DNA of 64,000 nucleotides from Acidimicrobiaceae bacterium. GTDB taxonomy: Bacteria > Actinomycetota > Acidimicrobiia > Acidimicrobiales > Aldehydirespiratoraceae. The stretch is taken from contig VYFQ01000016.1 of assembly GCA_009842325.1 (NCBI GenBank), positions 16,505 through 80,504 on the forward strand. Reading direction: 5' to 3'. This document shows positions 1 to 10,349 of the stretch, piece by piece; positions within the stretch are counted from its first letter, which is position 1, and the number at the start of each line of letters is the position of its first letter. Below the pieces are notes generated by a model. It searched no databases. It was not told the DNA's origin and worked only from the letters and a program-made list of their open reading frames with translations. Both the position numbers and the translations under genes were made by a program.

Positions 1-3000
1 AAGGTCGTCACCACCGTCGCCGACGGGTTCGGCCTCGCCGAGGTGGCCCCCGACCGGGTCGTTCCCACCCTGCCCGAGCTGGAGATCGACGGCCAGCCCT
101 GGCGCCATGAGCAGCGGCCCGGCCTGGTGACGCCGCTGAGCCTCGAGCAGGAGAAGGACATCGTCTACGGGCGCCTCGAGGCGGCAGTGGCCTACGCGGC
201 GGCCAACGGCCTCAACGAGATCAGCGGGGCCACCGGAGCGGCCCGGCTCGGCATCGCGGCCGCGGGCCGGACCTTCCAGGAGCTGCGCCAGGCCCTCAGC
301 GACCTCGGCCTCGACGACGACGCCCTGCACCGCTTCGGGATCCGCCTGCTGCGGATAGGGATGGTGTGGCCGCTGGAGCCCGAGATCGTCCGCCGGTTCG
401 CCGGAGGCCTCAACGAGATCTTGGTGCTGGACGAGAAGCGGGCCTTCATCGAGCTGTTCGTGCGAGACATCCTCTACGGCCGAGCGGGCGCACCCCGGGT
501 GGTGGGCAAGACCGACGAGGTGGGCCGCCGGCTGGTGCCCGCCGACGGCGAGCTCAGCGCCGACCGGATCGCGGCCGTTGTGGCCGACCGGCTCCGCTCG
601 GGCGTGCTGGGAGGCGAGGTGGGCGCACTGCCGATGGCAGTGGAGGCCCGCCTGGCCCTCATCGAGGCGGCCTCGAAGGCCGGAGCCGCGGAGGTGGCCC
701 GCGCGCCGTACTGGTGCAGCGGCTGCCCCCACAACCGCTCCACCGCGGTGCCCGAGGGATCGTTCGCGGCGGCCGGGGTGGGCTGCCACGCCATGGCCCT
801 GTGGATCGACGAGCGGGCCCAGGTGGTGCATCAGATGGGCGGCGAAGGAGCCACCTGGATCGGACGGGCGCCGTTCACCGACCGGCCCCACATGTTCCAG
901 AACGTCGGCGACGGCACGTTCTTCCACTCGGCCAGCCTGGCGGTGCGGGCCGCGGTGGCGGCCGGCGTCGACATCACCTACAAGATCCTCTACAACGGCG
1001 CGGTCGCCATGACCGGCGGCCAGGACGTGGCCGGCGTCATCGGCGTGCCCGAACTGACCCAGTCGATGGCCGCCGAGGGCGTGAGCCGCACCATCGTGTG
1101 CAGCGACGACCCGGACCGTCACGCCGGCGGCGGGCCGCTGGCCCCCGGCGCCGAGATCTGGGGCCGGGACCGCCTCGAGGAGGCCCAGCTCCTGCTGCGG
1201 GACACGCCCGGCGTGACCGTGCTCATCTACGACCAGCAGTGCGCGGCCGAGAAGCGCCGGGAGCGCAAGCGGGGCCTGCGCCCCACGCCGACCAAGCGCA
1301 TCTTCATCAACGAGGCGGTGTGCGAGGGATGCGGCGACTGCGGGGCCAAGAGCCATTGCCTGTCGGTGCAGCCGGTCGACACCGAGCTGGGCACCAAGAC
1401 CCGCATACACCAGTCGTCGTGCAACTTCGACTACACCTGCATCGAGGGAGACTGCCCGTCGTTCATCCGGGTCAAGACGCGGGCAGCCAAGACCCGGGCA
1501 GCCACCGCGGCAGGGTCAGGGGCGAGCGCGGCGCGGGCCGTGCGGGCCCAGCCTCCGGCCGACATCGCCGAGCCGGACCGGCCCGTCCCCGGTCCCGACG
1601 GGTACGGCGTGTTCATGGCGGGCGTGGGCGGCACCGGCGTGGTGACGGTCAGCCAGGTGCTGGCCACCGCGGCCCTGCTCGACGGCCTCGACATCCTGGG
1701 CCTCGACCAGACGGGACTCAGCCAGAAGGGCGGGCCGGTGGTGTCACACCTGCGCTTCTTCGACGGCGAGGCCTCCGGAGCCAACCTGATCGGCGCGGGC
1801 GACGCCGACTGCTACCTGGGCCTGGACCTGCTGGTGGCGGCCGACCCCAAGAACCTGGCCAAGGCCGACCCCGAACGCACGCTGGCGGTGACGTCGACCA
1901 GCAAGCTGCCCACCGGCGACATGGTGGCCCACGTGGACGAGACATACCCCGAAATCGACGGGATGCTGGCCGCCATCGACGGCGCCACCCGGGCCAGCGC
2001 CAGCGTCCGCCTCGACGCCGACCGGATGGCCGACGCCCTGCTGGGCACGGCCATGCCGGCCAACGTGCTCGCTCTGGGGGCCGCATACCAGGCCGGCGGC
2101 ATCCCGGTGTCGGCCGCCTCCATCGAGCGGGCCATCGAGCTGAACGGGGTGGCGGTGGCAGCCAACGTCGCCGCCTTCCGGTGGGGGCGGGTCTACGTGC
2201 GCGAGGGTGCCGACGGGCTGGTCAGCCTGGCCGGGGTGGCCCCGGCGGCGACGTCGCCGGAGGCACCCGCCGCAGTCCCCGGCCTGGGCCTCGACTCGGT
2301 GCCGGCCAGGGCCAAGGCGACGGCCCGGAAACTGCTGCACGAGTCGGGGCTGGCCCCGGTGCCGGGAGACGGCGCCGCCGCGCTGGCCGAGATGGTGGAG
2401 CGGCGGGCCGCCGACCTGGCGGACTACCAGTCGGCCGCGCTGGCCTCGGAGTACGTGGACTTCGTGGACGCGGCCTCGGCCCGCGAGCGCGAGGTGATGG
2501 GTGAGCGGACCGAGCTGGCCGAGGCGGTGGCCCGCTACCTGCACAAGCTGATCGCCTACAAGGACGAGTACGAGGTGGCCCGGCTGCACCTCCGTCCCGG
2601 CCTGCACGAGGCACTGCGAGACGCGGTGGGCGACTACGCCGACTACCGCATCCTGCTGCACCCGCCGGCGCTGCGGGCCCTGGGGCTGAAGCGCAAGATC
2701 TCGCTGGGACCGCTCCAGCGGCCCGCGCTGGCGGTGCTGAAGGCGATGCGCAGGCTGCGGGGCACGCCCCTCGACCTGTTCGGCTACGCCAAGGTCCGCC
2801 GGGTCGAGCGGCAACTCGTCGCCGACTACCGGGCCCTGATGGAGGCCGAACTGAACGCCCTCACGCCGGGCACCTACGAGCGGGCGGTGAGGCTGGCCCA
2901 TCTCCCCGACGTGATCAGGGGCTACGAGGACGTGAAGCTGGCCGGAGTGGAGCGCTTCCACGAGCAGGTGCGAGCCATCCGCAGCCCCGACACCCGACCG

Positions 3001-3027
3001 GTGGCGCTCACGAGCAAGCCGGGCTAG
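1..3027 (+). CDS. indolepyruvate ferredoxin oxidoreductase family protein (fused type), 5' end outside window
   Basis: Frame 1 is open from nt 1, before the listed ORF 43..3027. The translation has a TPP-enzyme region (GGEGATWIG, FQNVGDGTFFHS), ferredoxin-type Cys clusters (CEGCGDCGAKSHC, CIEGDCPS) and a gamma-like domain (VFMAGVGGTGVVTVSQVLA). Full-length members exceed 1100 aa, so the N-terminus is missing. Confidence 0.85.
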   Translation, partial: KVVTTVADGFGLAEVAPDRVVPTLPELEIDGQPWRHEQRPGLVTPLSLEQEKDIVYGRLEAAVAYAAANGLNEISGATGAARLGIAAAGRTFQELRQALSDLGLDDDALHRFGIRLLRIGMVWPLEPEIVRRFAGGLNEILVLDEKRAFIELFVRDILYGRAGAPRVVGKTDEVGRRLVPADGELSADRIAAVVADRLRSGVLGGEVGALPMAVEARLALIEAASKAGAAEVARAPYWCSGCPHNRSTAVPEGSFAAAGVGCHAMALWIDERAQVVHQMGGEGATWIGRAPFTDRPHMFQNVGDGTFFHSASLAVRAAVAAGVDITYKILYNGAVAMTGGQDVAGVIGVPELTQSMAAEGVSRTIVCSDDPDRHAGGGPLAPGAEIWGRDRLEEAQLLLRDTPGVTVLIYDQQCAAEKRRERKRGLRPTPTKRIFINEAVCEGCGDCGAKSHCLSVQPVDTELGTKTRIHQSSCNFDYTCIEGDCPSFIRVKTRAAKTRAATAAGSGASAARAVRAQPPADIAEPDRPVPGPDGYGVFMAGVGGTGVVTVSQVLATAALLDGLDILGLDQTGLSQKGGPVVSHLRFFDGEASGANLIGAGDADCYLGLDLLVAADPKNLAKADPERTLAVTSTSKLPTGDMVAHVDETYPEIDGMLAAIDGATRASASVRLDADRMADALLGTAMPANVLALGAAYQAGGIPVSAASIERAIELNGVAVAANVAAFRWGRVYVREGADGLVSLAGVAPAATSPEAPAAVPGLGLDSVPARAKATARKLLHESGLAPVPGDGAAALAEMVERRAADLADYQSAALASEYVDFVDAASAREREVMGERTELAEAVARYLHKLIAYKDEYEVARLHLRPGLHEALRDAVGDYADYRILLHPPALRALGLKRKISLGPLQRPALAVLKAMRRLRGTPLDLFGYAKVRRVERQLVADYRALMEAELNALTPGTYERAVRLAHLPDVIRGYEDVKLAGVERFHEQVRAIRSPDTRPVALTSKPG

Positions 3028-3037
3028 CGCGGCGACG

Positions 3038-4249
3038 GTGGCCGGCCCGGCGCCCGCGGCGTTGCCGCAGAATCCCGACGCGGTCCCGGTGCGGGCGGTC
3101 GCGGCCTCCATCGCCTGCCTCACCGCCAGCGTCATGGCCGGGTTCCTGGCCGGGGCGCTGGGCAGCGATATCAAGGACGAGTTCGGCATCAGCGACACCG
3201 GCCTGGGGGTGACGCTGGCGGTCACCTACGCGCTGTCGGGAGTGGCGTCGATCCACGCCGGCGAGCTGGCCGACCGGATGGGCGCCCGGCGCAGCCTGCT
3301 GCTGTCCATGTGGGTGACGGTGGCCGGCTACCTGGCGGTGGCCGTGCTGGCCCGGTCGTTCGGGACGTTCCTGGCGTCGATGGCAGTGGCCGGCGCGGGC
3401 CTGACCCTGGCCGGCCCCGCGGCCAAGGTGCTGGTGGCCCAGCACGTTTCGGCCGAGCGCCACGGCGTCGCCTTCGCGGTGCACATGTCGGCCATTCCGC
3501 TGGCCCCGCTGCTGGCCGGGCTGACGGTGCCCCTCGTGGGCGGCACGGACGGGTGGCGCTGGGCGTTCGTGGGCGGCGCGGTGCTGGCCGCGGCCGGGAT
3601 GCTGATGCTCCCCGCCGAGCCCAGGCAGGACCGGCTGCCGCCGGTGGCCAGGTCTGCGGCCGGGCGCTTCTCGCACGTCAGGCTGGCGCCGCTGTTCGTG
3701 CTGGGCGCGGCGGCCACCTTGGCGTCGGCCGCAGTGATCGGCGCAGCTTCGTTCTTCGTGGTCAACAGCGAGTCAGCCGGCATCTCCGAGAGCACGGCCG
3801 GGCTGCTGCTGTCGCTGGCCAGCGCGGGGGTGATCACCGCCCGCATCCTGCTGGGGGTGATGGCCGACCGGGGCCGCACCGGCGACATCGGCACGGTTGC
3901 GATCCTCCTGGTCGCCAGCGCGGCCGGCTACGCGCTGATGGCCGCCGACACGCCGTGGCTCTACGCGCTAGGAGGGCAGGTGGCCATCATCCTGGGCTGG
4001 TCGTGGCCGGCGCTGATGGTGGTCGCCCTGGTCCGGATGAACCCCCACGCCCCCGGCCTGGCCACCTCCTTCGCCATCGGAGGCCTGAACCTGGGGGCGG
4101 TGCTGGGGCCAGGAGCCTTCGGAGCCATCACCGACAACGTCTCCTCGTCGGCCGCGCTGGCCGCCGCCGCGGTCTGGGCCTTTGCCGCGGCCGCCCTCAG
4201 CCTCCTGGGCCGCCTGACCCAGCACCGGGCAGCAGCCCTCGGCGCCTGA
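3038..4249 (+). CDS. MFS transporter
   Basis: 403 aa, about 12 hydrophobic helices, MFS-type loop (GELADRMGARRS) after TM2. Confidence 0.8.
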   Translation: MAGPAPAALPQNPDAVPVRAVAASIACLTASVMAGFLAGALGSDIKDEFGISDTGLGVTLAVTYALSGVASIHAGELADRMGARRSLLLSMWVTVAGYLAVAVLARSFGTFLASMAVAGAGLTLAGPAAKVLVAQHVSAERHGVAFAVHMSAIPLAPLLAGLTVPLVGGTDGWRWAFVGGAVLAAAGMLMLPAEPRQDRLPPVARSAAGRFSHVRLAPLFVLGAAATLASAAVIGAASFFVVNSESAGISESTAGLLLSLASAGVITARILLGVMADRGRTGDIGTVAILLVASAAGYALMAADTPWLYALGGQVAIILGWSWPALMVVALVRMNPHAPGLATSFAIGGLNLGAVLGPGAFGAITDNVSSSAALAAAAVWAFAAAALSLLGRLTQHRAAALGA

Positions 4250-4275
4250 CTCGGAGCAGCCAAGAAAGTCCGGGT

Positions 4276-4287
4276 ACGGTATACAGC
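4276..4287. promoter_or_regulatory. GTATAC-core palindromic operator candidate (ACGGTATACAGC), upstream of dppB-like gene
   Basis: This 12-mer is identical to the one at 12904-12915. It lies about 50 nt upstream of the 4335 start. Confidence 0.55.
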
Positions 4288-4334
4288 GCGGCCCGGCACC
4301 CGGGCCAGTTTTGGCCCGGACGGGAGGGAGCGCG

Positions 4335-5255
4335 TTGCTTCGGTGGCTCGCGAGACGCATCATCGCCGCCGCCCTGGTGGTGTTCGTCGTCACTTCCCTG
4401 GTATTCGTAGTCACCCACGTCTTCACCGACCCGGCCACGGTGTCACTGCCGCTGGAGGCCACCGAGGAGCACCGGGCCGACCGCCGGGCCGCCCTCGGGA
4501 TCGACCGCCCCCTGGCAGTGCAGTACTGGGACTTCGTGTCGGGCCTGGTGGTCGGTGACCTCGGCGAGTCGTTCTGGCAGGACCAGCCCGCCTCCAAGCT
4601 CGTGCTGGAGCGGCTGCCGGCCACGCTCAAGCTGGTGGCGGGGGCCACCGCGGTCACGGTGCTGCTGGCCGCGCCCATGGGGATGCTGGCCGCCTGGTGG
4701 GAGCGGCGCTTCGCCGACCACGCCGTTCTCGGCTTCTCGATGGCGTCGATCAGCGCCCCGCCGTTCTGGATCGGCTACCTGCTCATCATCGTCTTCGCGG
4801 TGCAACTCGGTTGGGTGCCGACCTTCGGCTCGCGAGGATTCGTATCGCTGATCCTGCCGTCGTTCGCGATAGGCCTCGCCAGCGCGGGCCGCCTCGCGCA
4901 GATGACCCGCCGGGGCATCGTGGAGGAGCTGCGCAAGCCCTACGCGGTGACGGCGCTGTCGCGGGGCTTCTCCCGGTCGTACACGATCGTGCACCACACC
5001 TTCCGCAACGTGGCCTCGGGCTTCGTGACCATGACCGGCTGGGAGCTGACCCGCATGTTCACCGGCTACACGGTGGTGATCGAGGTGGTATTCGCCTGGC
5101 CCGGCGTGGGCCGCCTCGCCATCCACGCCATCGAGAACCGCGACCTCATCCTGGTGCAGGCCGCGGTGGTGGTGCTGGCCACGCTGGTGGTGGTCACCAA
5201 CCTGCTGGTGGACATCGCCCGCCGGATGATCGATCCCCGGGTGGAGCTGGCATGA
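4335..5255 (+). CDS. ABC transporter permease, peptide/opine/nickel (DppB-like) family
   Basis: ORF 4311..5255. I prefer the TTG at 4335, preceded by GGGAGGGAG (4322-4330), giving the typical N-terminus MLRWLARRII. The polytopic protein has a permease EAA-type loop (YAVTALSRGFSRSYTIVHHTFRN). Confidence 0.85.
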   Translation: MLRWLARRIIAAALVVFVVTSLVFVVTHVFTDPATVSLPLEATEEHRADRRAALGIDRPLAVQYWDFVSGLVVGDLGESFWQDQPASKLVLERLPATLKLVAGATAVTVLLAAPMGMLAAWWERRFADHAVLGFSMASISAPPFWIGYLLIIVFAVQLGWVPTFGSRGFVSLILPSFAIGLASAGRLAQMTRRGIVEELRKPYAVTALSRGFSRSYTIVHHTFRNVASGFVTMTGWELTRMFTGYTVVIEVVFAWPGVGRLAIHAIENRDLILVQAAVVVLATLVVVTNLLVDIARRMIDPRVELA

Positions 5256-6208
5256 CCGCCGTCGACGACACGACGACGTCGGGCGCCGACGCCGGCGCGG
5301 CCGATGCGACATCGCCCGAGGGCGTCACCGTCATGGCCGATCTGCGATCGCACCTGCGCAAGTCCAAGGCGGGCATCTCGGGCATCATCATCTGCTCGGT
5401 GTTCGCGCTGGTGGCCATCGTCGGGCCGTGGCTGCCGTTCCTGCCCGACCCGGCCAAGCAGAGCCTGCCCGACAAGCTCACGCCGCCGGTGGGCTGGGGC
5501 GGCACCTGGGCGCACCCACTCGGCACCGACCAGCTCGGCCGCGACATCCTGGCCCGGCTGATCGACGGCGCCCGCATCTCGCTGCTGGTGGGCCTGGCCG
5601 CGGTCGTCATCGCGGCCATCCTCGGCACGACCCTGGGTCTGATCGCGGGCTACGTCGGCGGGAGGATCGACACCCTCATCATCTCGGCCGCCGACGTGCA
5701 GATGGCCTTCCCGGGCGTTCTGGCCGGGCTGATCCTGGTGGCCGCATTCGGACCGAGCGTGTGGCTGGTCATCGTCGTCATCGCCATCTCCAGCTGGATG
5801 GTGTTCACCAGGGTCGGCCGCAGCCTCGTGCTGACCCTCAAGACGTCGCTGTTCGTGGAAGCCTCCGAGCTCAGCGGCGCGCCGTCGAGCCGGGTCATGT
5901 GGCGTCACCTGCTGCCCAACCTGGTCAGCTCGCTGATCACGCTGTGCGTGCTGGAGCTGGCCGCGGCCATCCTGTCGGAGTCGGCGTTCGCCTTCCTCGG
6001 CTTCGGTGTGCAGCCGCCCCGCTCGTCATGGGGGCTGATGATCCAGCAGGGCCGCAACTACATAACCGACGGATGGTGGATCGTCACCTTCGCCGGCCTG
6101 GCCATCTCCATCGTGGTGCTGGGCGTCAACCTCCTGTCGCTGTGGCTCCAGTCGTTCAACGACGTGGCCGAGCGGGAGCAGATCATCCTGGAGAGGCCGG
6201 GGGGATGA
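5252..6208 (+). CDS. ABC transporter permease, DppC-like
   Basis: The ATG at 5252 overlaps the dppB-like stop (ATGA). It is in frame with listed ORF 4697..6208, whose upstream part is Arg/Pro-rich artefact. The real part has hydrophobic helices and a permease core (LGTDQLGRDILARL). Confidence 0.85.
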   Translation: MTAVDDTTTSGADAGAADATSPEGVTVMADLRSHLRKSKAGISGIIICSVFALVAIVGPWLPFLPDPAKQSLPDKLTPPVGWGGTWAHPLGTDQLGRDILARLIDGARISLLVGLAAVVIAAILGTTLGLIAGYVGGRIDTLIISAADVQMAFPGVLAGLILVAAFGPSVWLVIVVIAISSWMVFTRVGRSLVLTLKTSLFVEASELSGAPSSRVMWRHLLPNLVSSLITLCVLELAAAILSESAFAFLGFGVQPPRSSWGLMIQQGRNYITDGWWIVTFAGLAISIVVLGVNLLSLWLQSFNDVAEREQIILERPGG

Positions 6209-7203
6209 GCACCACCAACGGCGACGGTCGCACCGAGCGCCTGCTGGAGGTGAAAGACCTCACGGTGGGGTTCCCCACCCGGGACGGGATCGTGCGGGGC
6301 GTGGACCACCTGACCCTCAACGTCGGCTCGCACGAGCGCCTCGGCGTGGTGGGCGAGTCGGGCTCGGGCAAGAGCGTCATGGGGCTGGCCATCCTGGGCA
6401 TGGTCCTGCCCCCGGGCCGGATCATGGGGGGCTCGGTGCGCTGGCGGGGCGAGGACGTTCTCGACCCCGCGGTGGCCAACCGGGTGCGGGGACGCGAGAT
6501 CGCCATGATCTTCCAGGATCCGATGGTGTCGCTCAACCCGCTCAAGACCGTCGGCTCGCAGCTGCGCGAGCTGCTGCAGCGCAGGGTCGGCCTGCAAGGC
6601 TCGGAGATCAGGCAACGCTCGCTGGAACTGCTCGACATGGTCGGCATAGCCAACGCGAGCGAGCGCCTGCGGGCCTACGCGTACGAGCTGTCGGGCGGGA
6701 TGCGCCAGCGGGTGATGATCGCCACCGCGCTGGCCTGCGAACCGACGCTGGTCATCGCGGACGAGCCGACCACGGGACTCGACGTGACCATCCAGGACCA
6801 GATCCTCACGCTGCTGCACGACCTGTCCACCGAGCTCGGGATGTCGGTGCTGATGATCACCCACGACCTGGGAGTGGTGGCCCAGTTCTGTGACCGGGTC
6901 CAGGTGATGTACGCCGGCCGCATCGTGGAGCGGGCCCCGATCAACGAGATGTTCACCGATCCCCAGCACCCCTACTCGCTCGGCCTGCTCCATTCGGTGC
7001 CCAGGGTCGACCGCGACGACGGCGAGCTGACGGGCATCCCGGGCGAGCCGCTGGACCGGGCCCAATTCCCGCCGGGCTGCGCGTTCGAGCCCCGATGCAA
7101 CGAGGCCCAGGACGGCTGCCGAGACGCCCCGCCGCCGCTGCTGAAGATCGCGGAGAGGCGCTGGGTGGCCTGCTACAACCGCCCCGCAGAGGGATCGCCA
7201 TGA
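6205..7203 (+). CDS. ABC transporter ATP-binding protein, DppD-like
   Basis: The ATG at 6205 overlaps the upstream stop. Walker A GESGSGKS, signature LSGGMRQR, Walker [14 protein letters not shown]-terminal oligopeptide-type HPYS motif. Confidence 0.9.
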   Translation: MSTTNGDGRTERLLEVKDLTVGFPTRDGIVRGVDHLTLNVGSHERLGVVGESGSGKSVMGLAILGMVLPPGRIMGGSVRWRGEDVLDPAVANRVRGREIAMIFQDPMVSLNPLKTVGSQLRELLQRRVGLQGSEIRQRSLELLDMVGIANASERLRAYAYELSGGMRQRVMIATALACEPTLVIADEPTTGLDVTIQDQILTLLHDLSTELGMSVLMITHDLGVVAQFCDRVQVMYAGRIVERAPINEMFTDPQHPYSLGLLHSVPRVDRDDGELTGIPGEPLDRAQFPPGCAFEPRCNEAQDGCRDAPPPLLKIAERRWVACYNRPAEGSP

Positions 7204-8165
7204 ACGCGCCGGTGACACCGCTGGTGGAGAGCCGGGACGTCAGCGTCCACTTCAGCCGCTGGGTGGGCAGCCGCCGGCGGACCGTCTACGCGCTGGACGA
7301 CTTCAGTATCGCGGTAGCGCCGGGCGAGACCGTGGGCCTGGTGGGCGAGTCGGGCTGCGGCAAGTCCACCGCGGGCCGGGCGCTGCTGGGAGCGGTGAAG
7401 CCGACCAAGGGCCAGGTGTTCTTCGAGGGCAGGGACGTGACCGACCTGAACCGGCGGAACTGGCGGGCCATGCGCAAGCAGGTCCAGATGATCTTCCAGG
7501 ACCCCTACTCGGCGCTCAACCCGAAGCTCAAGGTGGGCGAGAGCATCGCCGAGCCGTTCCTGGTGCACACCCGCAAGCGGGGCAAGGAACTCGAGGCGGC
7601 GGTGGCCGAGCTGCTGGAGACGGTGGGCATGACCGCCAGCGCGGCCGACAAGTACCCGCACGCCTTCTCCGGCGGCCAGCGCCAGCGCATCGTGATCGCC
7701 CGAGCCCTCGCGCTCCATCCCTCCTTCGTGGTGGCCGACGAGGCCACCGCGGCCCTCGACGTGTCGATCCAGGCCCAGATCGTCAACCTGCTGGTCGAGC
7801 TCAAGGACACCGTGGGACTGTCGTACCTGTTCATCTCCCACAACCTGGCCGTGGTGCGCCACGTTTCGGACCGGGTGGCCATCATGTACCTGGGCCACCT
7901 GATGGAGATCGGCAGCCACCACGACATCTACGAGAACCCGACCCACCCCTACTCCCAGGCCCTGCTGTCGGCGGTTCCCGTGCCCGACCCCACGACCCGC
8001 CGCAGCCACGAACCCCTCAAGGGCGACCTGCCCAGCCCCATGGACCCACCGAAGGGCTGCCGGTTCAACACCCGCTGCCCCCTGGCAGTGGACCAGTGCT
8101 TCCACGAGCGCCCCCCGCTGACGGAGCGCTCCAGCGGCCACCTGGTGGCCTGCTGGGTGAATTGA
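7200..8165 (+). CDS. ABC transporter ATP-binding protein, DppF-like
   Basis: The ATG at 7200 overlaps the upstream stop (ATGA). Walker A GESGCGKST, signature FSGGQRQR, Walker B FVVADEATAALD, HPYSQALLSAVP motif. Confidence 0.9.
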   Translation: MNAPVTPLVESRDVSVHFSRWVGSRRRTVYALDDFSIAVAPGETVGLVGESGCGKSTAGRALLGAVKPTKGQVFFEGRDVTDLNRRNWRAMRKQVQMIFQDPYSALNPKLKVGESIAEPFLVHTRKRGKELEAAVAELLETVGMTASAADKYPHAFSGGQRQRIVIARALALHPSFVVADEATAALDVSIQAQIVNLLVELKDTVGLSYLFISHNLAVVRHVSDRVAIMYLGHLMEIGSHHDIYENPTHPYSQALLSAVPVPDPTTRRSHEPLKGDLPSPMDPPKGCRFNTRCPLAVDQCFHERPPLTERSSGHLVACWVN

Positions 8166-9364
8166 GCGAACCGGTCACCGGCGCCGTCGGAGGCACAGGC
8201 GGCGGCGAGAGCGGTCTGACCGCCCGCTGGGCGACGTTCGGCTACCTGTTCACGCTGTACTTCATCCTCGGCGGCGCCGAGACCATGATCTCGCCGCTGT
8301 TCCCGCTCGTACGAGAGGACCTGGACCTGTCGGAGAGCAACTTGGCCGCCATCCTGGCCGCGGTGGCGGGCGGCATTGCCGCGTTCAACGTGATCGGCGG
8401 GGCCGTCAGCCGCTGGCTGAGCGACCGGTCGCTGGTGCGGGCCACGGCAGTCAGCCTCGCCGCGGGGATGGCGCTGTCGGCGGTGGCCCCGTCGTTCTGG
8501 GTGCTGCTGGTGGGCCAGACCCTGCTGGGGGTCGCCTTCGGGATCTATTTCCCACCCGCGCTGGCCAGCGTGGCCCGGCTCTACCCGGACGCGCCGGGCA
8601 AGGCCATCGCGGTGTGGGGTCAGGCCTACTCGTTCGGGCTGGCCGCAGCGGCCGCCAGCGCCTTCGCCGGGGGGGCCTGGCGCTGGGTGTACGTCGGGTG
8701 CGCGGTGCCCGCCGCTCTGGCCATCGCCTACGTGCCCCGCTGGACCGAGGTGAACCGGGATCCCGCACCGGTTGCCTGGTTGGCTCAGCTGGCCCAGAAC
8801 GCCCGGAAACGGACCTACCGGCTGGCCTTCTACGCCAGCTTCGGAGGGGTCTCGATGCACTTCGTGGTGATCGGCTTCTCAACGGCGTTCTTCGTCGTGG
8901 ACCGGGGCCTGGACCTGCGGTTGGTGGCCGCGATGCTCATCGCGGGGCGGGCCCTGTCGGCGCCGGTGAAGATCGTCGGGGGCGCCCTCTACGACAAGCG
9001 GGGCGGACCGTGGACGGCCCGGCTGATGATGGTGAGCACATCGGCGCTGGGGCTGCCGATGCTGCTGCTGCCGGCCGACATCGGCGTGTGGCTGCTGGTG
9101 CCGTTCGTGGGCATGGCGGTGTCGGTGCTGCCGGTGGCCAACGCCATGCTGGTGGCCGCGCTGCCTCCCCAGTCGGGCTGGGGGATCGGCACCTTCCGGG
9201 CCGCGCTGCTGGGCTCGGCCGCCCTGCTCTCGGCGATCGCCAGCGGCCTGCTGAGCCTGGGAGTGCCCCTGTTCGCGCTGATGCTGGCCGCGCTGGGCCT
9301 GCCCGCACTGGTGGCCGCCGCCATGCACCGGGCCACGGCACCGGCCGCTCCCGAAGCGCGGTGA
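8162..9364 (+). CDS. MFS transporter
   Basis: Listed ORF 8096..9364. The part upstream of 8162 overlaps dppF. The TTG at 8162 overlaps the dppF TGA (TTGA). The protein is multi-helix and hydrophobic. Start is uncertain. Confidence 0.7.
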   Translation: MSEPVTGAVGGTGGGESGLTARWATFGYLFTLYFILGGAETMISPLFPLVREDLDLSESNLAAILAAVAGGIAAFNVIGGAVSRWLSDRSLVRATAVSLAAGMALSAVAPSFWVLLVGQTLLGVAFGIYFPPALASVARLYPDAPGKAIAVWGQAYSFGLAAAAASAFAGGAWRWVYVGCAVPAALAIAYVPRWTEVNRDPAPVAWLAQLAQNARKRTYRLAFYASFGGVSMHFVVIGFSTAFFVVDRGLDLRLVAAMLIAGRALSAPVKIVGGALYDKRGGPWTARLMMVSTSALGLPMLLLPADIGVWLLVPFVGMAVSVLPVANAMLVAALPPQSGWGIGTFRAALLGSAALLSAIASGLLSLGVPLFALMLAALGLPALVAAAMHRATAPAAPEAR

Positions 9365-9371
9365 GTGGAGG

Positions 9372-9851
9372 CTAGGCGGGAACCGGGCAGGCGGTGAGCT
9401 TGTAGGTGTTGAGGCGCTTGCGCAGGGTGTAGAGCAGCAGCGCCACCGCCAGCAGGCCCACGAAGGGCTGGACCGGCGCCCACCACGACAGCGCTCCGCC
9501 CACGCCCACCAGCGCCACCACGGCCTGGTTGCACACCGGGCAGCCCACGGCCAGGAACGACACGAACCCGCCCCAGATGGTGCGGGTGCCCTGGCGCTCG
9601 GCAGCCTCGGCCAATCCGCTGGATTCGGCCGCCTCGGGGCGGATGGCGAAGATCAGCCCGATCAACGCCGAGGTGATGGCCAGGATCACATAGTCGATCC
9701 ATCGCACCTCCACCGGCCGGCCGAAGATGGGCGTGTCGATCAGGTCGGAGGGCACCGCGATGAGCACCGCGGCGATGGCCCCGAAGAGCACCGCCCGCGG
9801 CCAAGTAGCCCGGGGCAGAGCCAGCAGGTCCTTGACTGTGTCGGCGACCAT
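9372..9851 (-). CDS. hypothetical 4-TM membrane protein with intramembrane CPVC motif
   Basis: 159 aa with four hydrophobic segments. GCPVCNQ lies inside the third. No family recognised. Confidence 0.6.
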   Translation of the reverse strand: MVADTVKDLLALPRATWPRAVLFGAIAAVLIAVPSDLIDTPIFGRPVEVRWIDYVILAITSALIGLIFAIRPEAAESSGLAEAAERQGTRTIWGGFVSFLAVGCPVCNQAVVALVGVGGALSWWAPVQPFVGLLAVALLLYTLRKRLNTYKLTACPVPA

Positions 9852-9861
9852 CGAGCGGCCT

Positions 9862-10278
9862 CTAGGTGACCTTGTCGATGACCCGGAAGGCGTAGTCGCG
9901 CTGCTCGTCGCCGAGGGTGGCCCTCACCCGGTAGCCGCCGGGCTTGGGGAACTGGACGATGCCGGTGACCACCAGCGGCGAGCGGCTGTCGGTGCCGGGA
10001 ACCTTGCCGGGCGGGCGGCCGACCTCGATGTTGGCCTTGGCCTCCATCAGCTTGTGGTGGCCGTCCTCGTCCTCGACCCGGATCACCATCTCGTGGCGCT
10101 GGTTGTGCTCCAGCCACGGGACCAGCACCGACAGCGCGATGGAGAAATGCTGCGGTCGGGGCTTCTTGCCCTCCTTGTAGGCCCGGGTGACGGTGTCCCA
10201 TCCCGCGCCCATCAGGTACAGCAGCCCGTTCTGCACCTCGGCATGGTTGGCCAGCGTCAGCAGCTCGATCCGGGCCAC
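9862..10278 (-). CDS. hypothetical protein (138 aa, soluble)
   Basis: Normal composition. It lies 10 nt upstream of the 9372..9851 gene on the same strand. No family confidently recognised. Confidence 0.6.
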   Translation of the reverse strand: MARIELLTLANHAEVQNGLLYLMGAGWDTVTRAYKEGKKPRPQHFSIALSVLVPWLEHNQRHEMVIRVEDEDGHHKLMEAKANIEVGRPPGKVPGTDSRSPLVVTGIVQFPKPGGYRVRATLGDEQRDYAFRVIDKVT

Positions 10279-10349
10279 AAGCGGCAGTCTAAGCCTGCTC
10301 CCGGAGAGCCACCGCCAGAGCCGGCGGGCAGGCCGGCCGGAGGGATCGG

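Noticed and set aside
366-3225. Long alternative-frame ORFs over the oxidoreductase gene (366..2504 +, 712 aa; 1744..3225 -, 493 aa).
   Set aside because: The translations are dominated by Arg/Gly/Pro/Ala with no recognisable motifs. They fully overlap a gene with clear TPP/ferredoxin motifs. This is the typical GC-rich frame artefact.
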